Positions 39,939 to 55,507 of a DNA stretch of 64,000 nt are shown piece by piece (position 1 is the first letter of the stretch; each line of letters starts with the position of its first letter). The DNA comes from an uncultured Muribaculaceae bacterium (GTDB lineage: Bacteria; Bacteroidota; Bacteroidia; Bacteroidales; Muribaculaceae), in the NCBI GenBank assembly GCA_910578805.1, contig CAJTRS010000004.1:16708-80707 (forward strand), read 5' to 3'. Below the pieces are notes generated by a model, which worked only from the letters and a program-made list of their open reading frames with translations, had not been told where the DNA came from and searched no databases. The translations under genes were made by a program, and so were the position numbers.

Positions 39939-41685
39939 ATGAAACTTACTGATATCCATTCGCCAGCCGATATAAAAGGACTCGGCATAGAAGAACTTAC
40001 CGGCCTGGCCGCTGACATACGCCGGGCTCTGTTAGAGAAACTGAGCCGTCACGGCGGCCATGTGGGGCCTAATCTCGGTATGGTGGAGATGTCATTGGCC
40101 ATGCATTATGTGTTTGATCTACCTACGGATAAGATCGTATATGACGTGTCGCATCAGAGTTATGTACACAAGATGCTTACAGGACGTATGGGGGCATTTG
40201 TGAACCCCGACGACTATGATGCCGTGACCGGATTTACGTGCCGTCAGGAGAGTCCTACAGATATATTTACCATAGGTCATACATCGACAGGTGTCAGTCT
40301 GGCCGGCGGATTGGTTAAGTCAAGGGATATGGCCGGTGGCAAGGAGAATATAATCGCTGTGGTGGGCGACGGGTCGCTAAGCGGCGGAGAGGCCTTTGAG
40401 GGACTTGATTATGCGGCCACATTGAAAAGCAATTTCATAATAGTGGTTAACGACAATGACATGTCTATCGCCGAGAATCATGGCGGTATTTATGACAATC
40501 TGCGATTGCTTCGTGAATCGGACGGCTCCGCGTCATGCAATTTCTTTAAGGCTATGGGGCTTGATTATAAATTTGTAGCCTATGGAAATGATCTGGCCTC
40601 ACTGATTGCAGTATTCAGGGAAGTCAAGGATATAGATCACCCTATAGTGCTGCATATCGTCACACAGAAGGGCAAGGGATATGCTCCCGCCGAGGCTTGT
40701 AAAGAGGTGTTTCATTTTACGGCTCCTTTTGATTTAAAGAGCGGAAATCCGATATCGGTAAATAAGAATAAGGACTACGGTGATCTGACAGCATCGTATC
40801 TGCTCGAAATGATGAAATCCGATCCAAAAGTGGTGGCTATCACTGCAGGGACTCCCGGTGTGATGGGGTTTTCGCCAGAGCGTCGCAAACTGGCAGGTGA
40901 CCGTTTTGTAGATGTCGGCATTGCCGAGCAGCATGCCGTGGCCTTGGCTTCGGGAATCGCCAGGAGGCAAGCCGTTTTTCGGAGTGGTGAGTTCATTCGC
41001 ACAGAGAGCATATGACCAGCTTTCTCAGGATATGTCGATCAATTCGTCACCCGCTGTGATAGGCATATTTTATGGAACAATATCGGGTATGAATGATATA
41101 ACCCATCTTGGTTGGTTTGACATAGCCTTGATATCAAATATTCCCGGCATCGTTTATCTTGCCCCGACATGTATGGAGGAGTATATGGCTATGCTTGATT
41201 GGGGCATGAATCAATCGTCATATCCCGTAGTCATAAGGATTCCGGGTGTCAAGGTGGTAGAGTCGGGTAAGAAGTTTGATGCTGATTACAGCAATCTCAA
41301 CACATTCTCTGTGACCCGCGAAGGAACCCGTGTGGCATTGATCGGTGCCGGAAACTTCTACTCGCTTGCCGAAGAGGTGGCCGAAAAATTGAGTGCCGAA
41401 GGTGTTACAGCAACATTGATCAATCCAAGATTTTTAAGCGGGCTTGACACTGAACTGCTTGACGGACTTAAGCATTACCATTCGCTTGTCGTGACCATGG
41501 AAGACGGAGTCCTTGATGGCGGATTTGGAGAAAAGATCGCACGGTACTATAGCGCAGATGCCATGAACGTGAAATGCTACGGCATGAAAAAGGAGTTTCT
41601 GGACCGTTATGACTATAAGGAGGCTCTAAAAGCCAACCGATTGACTTCCGAACAGATTGCTGAAGACATATTGGAGCTGATATGA
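39939..41685 (+). pseudogene. dxs: 1-deoxy-D-xylulose-5-phosphate synthase (short paralog), split by a frameshift at about 40962
   Basis: ORF1 has GGHVGPNLG, DVSHQSY, GDGSLSGG..NDN and DVGIAEQHAV; the +1 frame continues GGKPFFGVVSSFAQRAYDQ...EDGVLDGGFG. Confidence 0.88.
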
Positions 41686-41712
41686 TGGGCTGACAGTGCT
41701 GGGCTGAGGTCG

Positions 41713-44151
41713 TCATCTGATGTTGGCTATGCCGATTATGTCGGCAAACACACCGGCAGCAGTGACCTCCGCACCGGCTCCGTAGCCTTTTATCTCCATA
41801 GGATATTCGCGGTAGCGTTCAGTGGTGAGCAGTATCACATTGTTTGATCCGAAAAGATAGTAGAACGGGTGCGTGGCGTCGATTTCGGCAAGTTTGACTT
41901 CGGCTTTGCCATTGTCAAGCGTGGCTACGAACCTTAGCTTGCAGCCGCGTGATTCTGCGGCTGCTCTCATCTGTTCCATCTTTGAATCGTAATCAGCCTC
42001 AAGGGCATGATAGAAATCATCAATACTGCCGCTGTAGGCCTCCAGTGGAATTATGGGGGTTATTTTCACTTCGTCCTGTTCGATTTCATAGCCTGCCTCG
42101 CGCGCGAGAATCACTAATTTTCTGACCACATCAGTGCCGCTGAGGTCAAGTCTCGGATCGGGTTCGCTGTACCCTTGGCGCTTGGCTTCCCTGATGGCTG
42201 CGCTAAGTGGCATATCGGGTGCAAGAATATTGAATATGAAATTCAGTGTGCCCGATACCACGGCCTCGATTTTCAGAATGCGGTCGCCGCTGTTGATGAG
42301 ATTGTTTATTGTGTTGATGATCGGCAGACCGGCTCCCACGTTGGTCTCGAAAAGGAATTTTACGTCCTTTTTCCTTGCAAGCGATTTAAGATGTCGGTAG
42401 TGGCTGTAAGGTCCTGATGCTGCAATTTTATTGGCCGTCACAACATTGATGTTGTTGTCGAGCATCTGGTCGTAGAGAGCTGATATATCGTGGTTGGACG
42501 TGCAATCGACAAAAACGGAGTTAAAAATGTTCATGTTGACGATTTCGTGTCCGATTAGTTCGGGTGACGATGTAACACCCTCAGTTTCGAGCCGCTGCGA
42601 AAACGTGTTCAGGTCTATGCCTTCGCGGTCAAACAGCGCTTTGCGGGAATTGGCAATGCCCATTACCTTTAGCTCCAGAGCCTTGTTCTGCAAAAGATTG
42701 TTTTGCTGTTGGGCCAGCTGCCGGAGCAGGTGACACCCAATGTTGCCAATTCCCGTTATGAAGAGATTGAGTACTTGAGTGTCAGACAAGAAAAAACTGT
42801 CGTGTATTACACTGAGAGCTTTTTTCTGGTTTTTAAGTTCGATGACAAATGATATATTGGTCTCGGAAGCACCCTGGGCGCAGGCGATCACGTTGATACC
42901 GTTGCGGCCGAGAGTATTGAACAGTTTTCCCGCCACACCTGATGCGTGGCGCATATTCTCACCAACGACAGCTACTGTGGCCAGATTGTGTTCCACCTGC
43001 ATGGGATTGAGTTCTCCGGTTTCCAGTTCGGCCATGAATTCGGTTTCGAGAGCTTTTACGGCATTGGGTGCATCGGCGTTGCGCACGGCAAAAGAAGTGG
43101 TGTTCTCGCTCGAAGCCTGCGACACAAGGAACACACTCACACCGTTACGAGCCAAAGCATTGAATATACGTGCATTTATGCCGATCACACCTACCATGCA
43201 GAGTCCGGACACGGTTATAAGGCATGTGTCGTTGATGGAGGAGATGCCTTTGATATCTTTACCTTCCGGAGCCGGACGTTGCTCGCTGATACATGTACCC
43301 GGTGCCGAAGGATTGAATGTGTTTTTTATCAGGATAGGTATGTTTTTATGGAATACCGGATATATCGTTGGCGGATATATTACCTTGGCTCCGAAATTAC
43401 ATAGCTCCATGGCCTCGATGAATGACAGGTGATCGATCACATAAGTGTTTTCTATGATGCGCGGATCAGCAGTCATAAAGCCGTCAACATCGGTCCATAT
43501 CTCAAGCGTACGGGCATCAAGAGCCGCTGCCAGAATGGCAGCCGTGTAGTCGCTGCCTCCTCGACCGAGATTTGTCACATCGCCATTGGCGTCCGATGAA
43601 ATGAATCCAGGCACTATCGCCACCTTGAATCCGGCATTGTCAAATGTGGAGTGGATAAGAGGTTGTGTGGCATCATTGTCAAGGACATGTTTGTCAAACT
43701 GACGCACTGTCTTTATGAACAGACGTGAATCGAAGAGGACGGCATCATCGATCACCCTGCTTATTATGGTACTTGAAAGTCTCTCGCCGTAACTTACAAT
43801 TATGTCAAGCGAGCGGGGCGAGAGGTCTCGTATAAGGCTTACGCCTTTATATATATTGCCGAGCTCTTCAAGCATAACATCTACCCGCGAGGTGACCTCA
43901 GGTATATATCGGGCAGGTACAATGCCGTTGATTATATCATGGTGGCGGTTGATTATGCCACGGTAATTTTCGTAATATCCGTCACCGCCTTTGGCTGCAT
44001 CACGGGCAGTGGCGATAAGACGGTCGGTCAGGCCTCCGAGTGCCGATACCACAACGATTACCGGTTCGGTACATTGTTCCACTATCGATTTGACATTTCG
44101 AAGACTCTCGACAGTGCCTACTGACGTACCGCCAAATTTAAGTACTTTCAT
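41713..44151 (-). CDS. thrA: Bifunctional aspartokinase / homoserine dehydrogenase
   Basis: KFGGTSV, LGRGGSDYTAA, two ACT domains, ETNVGAGLP, GYSEPDPRLDLSG and GAGAEVTAAGVFAD. Confidence 0.96.
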   Translation of the reverse strand: MKVLKFGGTSVGTVESLRNVKSIVEQCTEPVIVVVSALGGLTDRLIATARDAAKGGDGYYENYRGIINRHHDIINGIVPARYIPEVTSRVDVMLEELGNIYKGVSLIRDLSPRSLDIIVSYGERLSSTIISRVIDDAVLFDSRLFIKTVRQFDKHVLDNDATQPLIHSTFDNAGFKVAIVPGFISSDANGDVTNLGRGGSDYTAAILAAALDARTLEIWTDVDGFMTADPRIIENTYVIDHLSFIEAMELCNFGAKVIYPPTIYPVFHKNIPILIKNTFNPSAPGTCISEQRPAPEGKDIKGISSINDTCLITVSGLCMVGVIGINARIFNALARNGVSVFLVSQASSENTTSFAVRNADAPNAVKALETEFMAELETGELNPMQVEHNLATVAVVGENMRHASGVAGKLFNTLGRNGINVIACAQGASETNISFVIELKNQKKALSVIHDSFFLSDTQVLNLFITGIGNIGCHLLRQLAQQQNNLLQNKALELKVMGIANSRKALFDREGIDLNTFSQRLETEGVTSSPELIGHEIVNMNIFNSVFVDCTSNHDISALYDQMLDNNINVVTANKIAASGPYSHYRHLKSLARKKDVKFLFETNVGAGLPIINTINNLINSGDRILKIEAVVSGTLNFIFNILAPDMPLSAAIREAKRQGYSEPDPRLDLSGTDVVRKLVILAREAGYEIEQDEVKITPIIPLEAYSGSIDDFYHALEADYDSKMEQMRAAAESRGCKLRFVATLDNGKAEVKLAEIDATHPFYYLFGSNNVILLTTERYREYPMEIKGYGAGAEVTAAGVFADIIGIANIR

Positions 44152-44166
44152 TTTGATTATTGTGAA

Positions 44167-45747
44167 TTAGAATTCGCTCGAAAAATGGAATTTGATTTTA
44201 GGAAAGTCGGATTGAGCCATCTGCAATACATAGCCGGAATCGGCCATGAATACGTCACGTCCATCGCGGTCCACCGCCATAAACTGGTGTTTGCGCTTTT
44301 TGAATGCGGAAAGAGCTTCGGCATCATCACTTTCTATCCAGCATGCCTTGTAGAGGGATATCGGTTCCCACCGGCACTGAGCGCCGTATTCATGAAGCAG
44401 ACGGTATTGTATGACTTCAAATTGAAGCTGACCTACGGTACCTATGATTTTTCGACCGTTGAACTGGTTGACAAACAACTGTGCCACGCCTTCGTCCATG
44501 AGCTGTTGAATGCCTTTTTCGAGTTGCTTGGACTTCATGGGGTCGGTATTCTCGATGTATTTGAACATTTCCGGCGAAAAGCTTGGCAGACCTTTGAAAT
44601 GCAATTCCTCGCCGGAGGTGAGAGTATCACCTATCTTGAAGTTGCCTGTGTCGGGAATGCCGATAATATCGCCGGGAAAAGCTTCATCGACAATGTTTTT
44701 CTTCTGAGCCATGAACGCTGTCGGTGCAGCGAATTTCATGGTCTTGTTGCTGCGTATATGACGATAGGGGGCATTGCGTTCAAACCGTCCGGAGCATATT
44801 TTCACAAAAGCTATACACGACCGGTGGTTGGGGTCCATGTTGGCATGTATTTTGAACACAAAGCCTGAAAATCCTTCTTCCGCCGGATCGATGGTGCGTT
44901 CCAATGTCTCTATAGGGCGGGGGGACGGTGCGATCTGTACGAAACAGTCGAGCAACTCTTTTACGCCGAATGTGTTAAGAGCCGATCCGAAGAATACAGG
45001 AGCTACTTTACCCTGCAAATACCGGTCAACGTCAAATTCGGGATACACTCCTTCGATAAGTTCGATATCCTCGCGTAGCTTTTTCGCATCTGCTTCACCT
45101 ACGGCGGAATCTATGCGCTGATCGTTGATGTCGTCGATTTCCACACGTTCCGACACTTTCTGCTTGTCAGGTGTAAACAGGTCAAGTGACTGCTCATAGA
45201 TGTTGTAAACACCCTTGAACTTGGCGCCAATATTTATTGGCCAGCTGAGCGGGCGCACATCGATCTTGAGTTCGGCTTCCAGTTCATCTAATATCTCGAA
45301 CGGATCACGACCCTCGCGGTCAAGTTTGTTGACGAAGATAATCACGGGGGTGTTGCGCATGCGGCACACCTCCATGAGCTTGCGGGTCTGTTGTTCTACA
45401 CCTTTGGCTACATCGACCACTATAATCACACTGTCCACTGCGGTGAGTGTGCGGTAAGTGTCTTCGGCAAAGTCCTGGTGTCCCGGTGTATCAAGAATGT
45501 TAATCTTGTAGTCGCCGTAATTGAATCCCATAACGGAAGTGGCCACGGATATACCGCGCTGTTTCTCTATCTCCATCCAGTCGCTGGTGGCTGTTTTCTT
45601 TATCTTGTTGGATTTTACCGCGCCGGCTATGTGTATAGCTCCACCAAACAGAAGCAACTTTTCAGTAAGGGTGGTCTTTCCGGCATCCGGGTGTGATATG
45701 ATGGCAAACGTACGCCGTTTCTTTATCTCTTCAGTTATAGTTGACAT
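44167..45747 (-). CDS. prfC: Peptide chain release factor 3
   Basis: [38 protein letters not shown] and VGQLQFEV. Confidence 0.98.
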   Translation of the reverse strand: MSTITEEIKKRRTFAIISHPDAGKTTLTEKLLLFGGAIHIAGAVKSNKIKKTATSDWMEIEKQRGISVATSVMGFNYGDYKINILDTPGHQDFAEDTYRTLTAVDSVIIVVDVAKGVEQQTRKLMEVCRMRNTPVIIFVNKLDREGRDPFEILDELEAELKIDVRPLSWPINIGAKFKGVYNIYEQSLDLFTPDKQKVSERVEIDDINDQRIDSAVGEADAKKLREDIELIEGVYPEFDVDRYLQGKVAPVFFGSALNTFGVKELLDCFVQIAPSPRPIETLERTIDPAEEGFSGFVFKIHANMDPNHRSCIAFVKICSGRFERNAPYRHIRSNKTMKFAAPTAFMAQKKNIVDEAFPGDIIGIPDTGNFKIGDTLTSGEELHFKGLPSFSPEMFKYIENTDPMKSKQLEKGIQQLMDEGVAQLFVNQFNGRKIIGTVGQLQFEVIQYRLLHEYGAQCRWEPISLYKACWIESDDAEALSAFKKRKHQFMAVDRDGRDVFMADSGYVLQMAQSDFPKIKFHFSSEF

Positions 45748-45767
45748 CGTTATGTATTTCGTGAATA

Positions 45768-46631
45768 TTATTGATTATCGGCAAGTCTCTCGATACATTT
45801 TTGCAGACTTTCCTCCCAGTGGGGGATCTCTATGCCGAAAGTACGCTTTATGAGTGATTTGTCGAGTACGCTGTAATGAGGACGCCGTGCAGCAGTAGGG
45901 TAGTCATCGGTAGTCACGGGTACTATTTTGCACTTTTGTATATGAGCCAATCTGTGGATTGCCTTGGCAAAGTCGTACCATGAGCAAACTCCCTCGTTGG
46001 AGAAATGGAATATTCCCGATACCCATTGGCGCGATTTAAGCATTGTAATTATGGCTGTTGCAAGATCGGTGGCCGATGTGGGAGTACCTATCTGGTCGTT
46101 TACCACTTTTATTTCATTACGTTCTTTACCGAGCTGAAGCATGGTTTTAACGAAGTTTTTACCGTGGGGCGAATACAGCCATGCCGTGCGTATAATAAGA
46201 GCATCGGGACACATGGACAGCAATATCATTTCCCCTTTACGTTTTGAGGTTCCGTAATTCGATATCGGGTTGACCTTGTCCGATTCACGGTAGGGGCGGC
46301 AGGAAGTTCCGTCAAAGACATAGTCTGTGGAAATGTGAAGCACTTTAACGCCTAACCGTGAAGCCACAGAGGCTATGTTCATAACAGCATCGGCATTGAT
46401 ACGGTTACAGTTGGCCGGATCATTTTCGGCATCGTCCACGGCTGTATATGCGGCACAATTAACAATGTGGGTGAACTCATTGCGCTCCAAAAACAATTCC
46501 ACCGCCTTAGCATCGGTCAGATCAAGTTCCTCACGGTCGGTGTAAGTGGTTATGCCTGGAAATTCACGCTCGATTTGTGCGCGCAATTCTCTTCCTAACT
46601 GTCCATTGCACCCTGTGATAAGTATTTTCAT
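45768..46631 (-). CDS. rfbD: dTDP-4-dehydrorhamnose reductase
   Basis: [32 protein letters not shown] and DQIGTPT. Confidence 0.95.
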   Translation of the reverse strand: MKILITGCNGQLGRELRAQIEREFPGITTYTDREELDLTDAKAVELFLERNEFTHIVNCAAYTAVDDAENDPANCNRINADAVMNIASVASRLGVKVLHISTDYVFDGTSCRPYRESDKVNPISNYGTSKRKGEMILLSMCPDALIIRTAWLYSPHGKNFVKTMLQLGKERNEIKVVNDQIGTPTSATDLATAIITMLKSRQWVSGIFHFSNEGVCSWYDFAKAIHRLAHIQKCKIVPVTTDDYPTAARRPHYSVLDKSLIKRTFGIEIPHWEESLQKCIERLADNQ

Positions 46632-46658
46632 AATGATTGCGGTCATATTTTTCAAGTG

Positions 46659-46769
46659 CAAATTTAGGCATTATATATTGAATTTTCGCATTCTTTGGGT
46701 GATACTTGGGTTGTGATGCAAATAAGTTGGTTACAGACAGGTAAAATCCGATAATAATCGTTATTTTTG
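46659..46769. promoter_or_regulatory. Divergent -7 elements: TAAATTTG (minus, 46659-46666, rfbD) and TATTTTTG (plus, 46762-46769, GH2)
   Basis: Two TAnnTTTG matches, each 25-30 nt upstream of its start codon. Confidence 0.55.
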
Positions 46770-46772
46770 TAA

Positions 46773-51152
<4,380 letters not shown>

Positions 51153-51159
51153 TCTCCAA

Positions 51160-51918
51160 ATGGATATAACCAATAATTTACGAAAACTTACAGCATCGCT
51201 CGGCGACGTCAAGTATCGTCGTCGCAGCGGGTGCTTTAAGGCTGAAGGTACGAAGTGTGTGCTTGACACTATAAAGCATTTTGAACTGGAGTACCTGTTT
51301 GCAACACCGGAATGGCTTGAAGTCCATTCCGGTTTGTCTGTCAATGAAAAGGCTGTGGCCGTGACAAAAGCCGATCTCATCAAGATGTCATCGCTATCCA
51401 CTGCGCCAGGAGTCATTGCCGTGTATCGTATGCCGGTATATGGTTTGGAGCCGGAATCGTTGCGTGGCAGTCTGACAGTGGCTTTGGACGGCGTTCAGGA
51501 CCCCGGAAATCTGGGTACGGTGATCCGTACGGCTGATTGGTTTGGGGTGAGGAACATTCTGTGCAGCCGTGATACGGTTGATGTTTATAGTCCTAAGGTG
51601 ATTCAAGCCACCATGGGTGCGATATCAAGAGTAAGGGTGCATTACTGTGATCTGTCGGAAACTTTAATCAAGTTGAAAGGTATGCCGGTGTATGGTACAT
51701 TTTTAGATGGTGGCAACATATATGATGAACCTCTTTCCGACACAGGCATTATAGTTATGGGCAATGAGGGCAAGGGTATATCAGGAAGTGTGGCCCGGAT
51801 AATTACCGACCGACTTTATATACCGCCTTATCCGGCTGATGCCGAGACCTCGGAATCGCTTAATGTAGGGGTGGCTACGGCTATAACTCTGGCCGAATTT
51901 CGCCGCCGGTGTATTTGA
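51160..51918 (+). CDS. TrmH/SpoU family RNA methyltransferase
   Basis: LDGVQDPGNLGTVIRTADWFG, MGNEGKG and ESLNVGVA. Confidence 0.93.
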   Translation: MDITNNLRKLTASLGDVKYRRRSGCFKAEGTKCVLDTIKHFELEYLFATPEWLEVHSGLSVNEKAVAVTKADLIKMSSLSTAPGVIAVYRMPVYGLEPESLRGSLTVALDGVQDPGNLGTVIRTADWFGVRNILCSRDTVDVYSPKVIQATMGAISRVRVHYCDLSETLIKLKGMPVYGTFLDGGNIYDEPLSDTGIIVMGNEGKGISGSVARIITDRLYIPPYPADAETSESLNVGVATAITLAEFRRRCI

Positions 51919-51952
51919 TTATTGAATTTTATAGTATAACTGATACTTTGAT

Positions 51953-53317
51953 ATGGCTAAGGTAAAAAGTGTGTGGTATTGTACTGAGTGTGGAGCAGAT
52001 TCGCCGAAATGGCAGGGTAAATGTCCGGCATGCGGAGCATGGAACACATTGGTGGAAGAACGTGTGTCGGTCAAAGCCAAGAACGTAGCGGCATCGCGAC
52101 ACACAAAGGTCAGTCCTGTGGCTGTGTCGGATATAGTGGTAAGCCAGGAGCAGCGTATAAAGATGCCAAGCCAGGAACTCAACCGAGTGCTCGGTGGTGG
52201 ACTTGTGGCCGGATCATTGGTGCTGATCGGCGGTGAGCCGGGTATAGGCAAATCCACACTTGTGCTTCAGAACATATTGTCGATAAAAACCAAGAAGGTG
52301 CTGTATATATCGGGAGAGGAGAGCGCATCGCAACTCAAGATGAGAGCCGATCGCATAGGCCGTGCCAGTGACAACGTGCTTATAGCATGCGAAACTTCTC
52401 TTGAAAACATACTTGAGCATCTTGAATCAGTTACCCCGGAAATCGTGATAGTGGATTCCATTCAGACCATAGCGTCCGATGACATAGAATCGGCAGCCGG
52501 AAGCGTAAGTCAGGTAAGGGAATGTTCGGCCCGGTTACTGAAATACGCAAAGACAAGCGGCGTGCCGGTTATATTGATAGGGCATATCAATAAGGAGGGT
52601 AGCATTGCCGGACCCAAAGTGCTTGAGCATATAGTCGATGCCGTGCTCCAGTTTGAGGGCGACCAACACTATATGTATCGTATATTGCGTTCCATAAAGA
52701 ACCGTTTCGGCAGCACTTCCGAATTAGGTATATATGAAATGTGCCAGCGTGGATTGCGTGAAGTCTCGAATCCGTCTGAAATGCTTGTAAACAGAATTGG
52801 CGATAACGAAGAGTTGTCGGGTTCGGCTATAGGAATAACAATAGAGGGCATGCGCCCGTTTCTGATAGAGGTGCAAGCTCTTGTGAGCACTGCCGCCTAT
52901 GGCACACCACAAAGGTCGGTCACCGGATTTGATGCGAAAAGAATGAACATGTTGCTTGCGGTGCTTGAGAAGAGGGTGGGCTTTAAATTGGCGCAAAAAG
53001 ATGTGTTTCTCAATATTGCCGGTGGGCTGAAGGTGAATGATACGGCTCTTGATCTTCCGGTAGTGAGTGCGATTTTGTCGTCAAATGTGGATATGAGCAT
53101 ACCGCGCGATGTGTGCGTGACAGGGGAAATAGGGCTATCGGGAGAGATACGTCCGGTCACGCGTATCGAACAGCGCATATCCGAAGCTGAAAAACTCGGC
53201 ATGGGCACTATCTTAGTGCCAAAAAACAATCTTAAAGGAATAGATAAGACTCGGTTCAAGATCGACGTCCGTGAGGTTTCTAAAGTGGAGGAGGCATTCC
53301 GGTTGCTGTTTTCCTGA
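51953..53317 (+). CDS. radA: DNA repair protein RadA/Sms
   Basis: C4 zinc finger, GGEPGIGKSTL, KNRFG and Lon-like C-terminus GEIGLSGEIR. Confidence 0.97.
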   Translation: MAKVKSVWYCTECGADSPKWQGKCPACGAWNTLVEERVSVKAKNVAASRHTKVSPVAVSDIVVSQEQRIKMPSQELNRVLGGGLVAGSLVLIGGEPGIGKSTLVLQNILSIKTKKVLYISGEESASQLKMRADRIGRASDNVLIACETSLENILEHLESVTPEIVIVDSIQTIASDDIESAAGSVSQVRECSARLLKYAKTSGVPVILIGHINKEGSIAGPKVLEHIVDAVLQFEGDQHYMYRILRSIKNRFGSTSELGIYEMCQRGLREVSNPSEMLVNRIGDNEELSGSAIGITIEGMRPFLIEVQALVSTAAYGTPQRSVTGFDAKRMNMLLAVLEKRVGFKLAQKDVFLNIAGGLKVNDTALDLPVVSAILSSNVDMSIPRDVCVTGEIGLSGEIRPVTRIEQRISEAEKLGMGTILVPKNNLKGIDKTRFKIDVREVSKVEEAFRLLFS

Positions 53318-53349
53318 TCAACAGTGTAATTATTGTTTAATTGATTCCT

Positions 53350-54222
53350 ATGTGGTTATATCGGTTGACTTGGATTGTGGTGTGGGTGGTTTCATTTCCG
53401 TGTTACGGACAGGTATCTGACATCGATTCAATACTGTCATCGGCTTCTGCAGAAATAGGGGTGGCATATGGAGTGGATAATGAGACGGTACATTCATGGA
53501 ATAATGAACGTGATTATCCTATGATGTCGGTATTCAAAGTGCCTGTGGCCGTGACAGCACTTCATAAAATGCAACTATGCGGAACGTCGCCTGACAGTAT
53601 GATTACAGTGACTGCACAACAACTGTCGGCCAACACGTGGAGTCCGCTTAGAGACAGGTATCCGCAAGGTAATGTAGCGGTGTCGTTAAAGGAGTTGATT
53701 TATTATACCATATCGCTTAGCGACAACAATACTTGCGACATACTCATAGATTATTGCGGTGGAATAGGTGTGGTCAGGGATATGGCGCTTATATTGTCTG
53801 ACGGAAAATGCCGCATATCAGCTACAGAACAGGATATGCATGACGACATAGACATGTGTTATCATAATATTTGTACTCCGGAGGCCATGGTGAAGATGCT
53901 CCGTAATATATATAGTGGAGATATTATAACCGGTGAGATGCTGGATATTTTCAGTGATAGCATGCTTGCCACGAACACAGGCTTGGATAAGATGCGTGCC
54001 GGTATTGACGGGAAAATCAGACTGGGTCACAAGACAGGTAGTTCGGACCGAACAATCTCCGGAATAAAGATCGGAGATAATGATGCAGGAGTTGTTTATC
54101 TCCCTGATGGCCGATGCTGCTATATAGTAGTGTTTGTGAAAGATTCATCGATGACCGATAAAGAAAATGCAGCCGCAATATCGGATATTGCAGGCTGCAT
54201 TATTAATTCTTTGATGAAATAA
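53350..54222 (+). CDS. Class A beta-lactamase, subclass A2 (CepA/CfxA/PER-like)
   Basis: S70xxK in YPMMSVFK, TWSPL, SDN, E166-like ATEQDMH, HKTGSS and NDAG; signal peptide. Confidence 0.88.
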   Translation: MWLYRLTWIVVWVVSFPCYGQVSDIDSILSSASAEIGVAYGVDNETVHSWNNERDYPMMSVFKVPVAVTALHKMQLCGTSPDSMITVTAQQLSANTWSPLRDRYPQGNVAVSLKELIYYTISLSDNNTCDILIDYCGGIGVVRDMALILSDGKCRISATEQDMHDDIDMCYHNICTPEAMVKMLRNIYSGDIITGEMLDIFSDSMLATNTGLDKMRAGIDGKIRLGHKTGSSDRTISGIKIGDNDAGVVYLPDGRCCYIVVFVKDSSMTDKENAAAISDIAGCIINSLMK

Positions 54223-54238
54223 TCCGGCATACGCCGGA
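54223..54238. terminator. Small hairpin between the convergent beta-lactamase and purT genes
   Basis: TCCGGC-ATAC-GCCGGA immediately after the stop codon; no clear U-tract. Confidence 0.4.
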
Positions 54239-54263
54239 GTGTCAGCTCCCCCGGTGGGAATTA

Positions 54264-55454
54264 TTATCGCGGAAGTACATTGATTTCCAGTTTTGAATAA
54301 GCGCGTTCGGCTTTGGCTATGGCCTCATCTACGGAATCGGCGGTGGCAAGGATTACACCCATTCGGCGGTGTCCTTTGATCTCCGGTTTACCGAATATAC
54401 GAATCTGTACTCCTGGCTCGCCGAGCACCTCTTCAAGATTATCCATCTCTATTTTGTCAGTATCACCCTCTACAACTATGGCACGTGACGCCGATGGTCC
54501 ATAGAACCGTATAGACGGAACGGGGAGACCGAGCAAAGCACGGGCATGGAGTCCGAACTCGCTCATGTCCTGTGATATCATGGTTACCATACCGGTGTCA
54601 TGCGGGCGGGGAGACACTTCACTGAATATCACGTCATCGTCTTTGATGAAAAGTTCCACACCGAAGATGCCGTAACCTCCAAGTGCGTCAGTCACACTTT
54701 TGGCTATCTCGCGGGCTTTATCAAGCGCTTTGGGTGTCATGGCCTGAGGTTGCCATGAATACCGGTAGTCACCATCGACCTGCACATGTCCTATCGGTTC
54801 ACAGTATGTGGTACCTGAAATGCTTCTTACCGTAAGCAGTGTGATTTCGTAGTCGAATTTGACAAAGCCCTCCACAATCACACGTCCCGCACCGGCGCGT
54901 CCGCCTTCCTGGGCTATCTTCCACGAACGGTCTATGTCTGATTCTTCCTTTATCACACTTTGACCGTGGCCGGAGGAACTCATAATAGGTTTGATCACAC
55001 ATGGTATGCCAATTTCCTTTACGGCTGCCACGAATTCATCGTAGTCTGAGGCAAAGCGGTAAGGGGAGGTAGGAAGGCCAAGTTCCTCAGCGGCCAGACG
55101 GCGTATGCCTTCGCGGTTCATGGTAAGCCATGCGGCGCGTGCGGTGGGGGTTACATTATAACCTTCTTTCTCCAGTTCGACAAGGACCGGTGTGGCTATA
55201 GCTTCCACTTCAGGAATGATATGGTCAGGGCGTTCGGCTACGATGGCCGCTTTCAGAGCCTCCGGATCAAGCATGTTAAGCACATGATGCCTGTGAGCCA
55301 CCTGCATGGCCGGAGCATTGGCATAGCGGTCGCAAGCCACCACTTCCACATTATAACGCTGCAGCTCCAATGCTACTTCTTTACCTAACTCTCCGCTGCC
55401 TAAAAGCATTGCTTTGCGGCCGACATTTGTCGATACTGATCCGATTTTAGCCAT
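54264..55454 (-). CDS. purT: Formate-dependent phosphoribosylglycinamide formyltransferase
   Basis: [45 protein letters not shown] and RRMGV. Confidence 0.97.
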   Translation of the reverse strand: MAKIGSVSTNVGRKAMLLGSGELGKEVALELQRYNVEVVACDRYANAPAMQVAHRHHVLNMLDPEALKAAIVAERPDHIIPEVEAIATPVLVELEKEGYNVTPTARAAWLTMNREGIRRLAAEELGLPTSPYRFASDYDEFVAAVKEIGIPCVIKPIMSSSGHGQSVIKEESDIDRSWKIAQEGGRAGAGRVIVEGFVKFDYEITLLTVRSISGTTYCEPIGHVQVDGDYRYSWQPQAMTPKALDKAREIAKSVTDALGGYGIFGVELFIKDDDVIFSEVSPRPHDTGMVTMISQDMSEFGLHARALLGLPVPSIRFYGPSASRAIVVEGDTDKIEMDNLEEVLGEPGVQIRIFGKPEIKGHRRMGVILATADSVDEAIAKAERAYSKLEINVLPR

Positions 55455-55507
55455 TTTTCTTGTGTGGGGAATGTAATTTAAATTATGCAAATTAAGTTGG
55501 TGACAGT

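Noticed and set aside
40912..41685. Separate 257-aa transketolase C-terminal gene
   Set aside because: Its first 17 residues are out-of-frame sequence; it is the second half of the frameshifted dxs.
41685..41707. TGGGCTGA direct repeat between dxs and thrA
   Set aside because: Only 8 bp and two copies, with no hairpin; no function can be supported.
53318..54263. Mobile element carrying the beta-lactamase
   Set aside because: No transposase, terminal inverted repeats or target duplication seen; the flanks are only about 30-40 nt.
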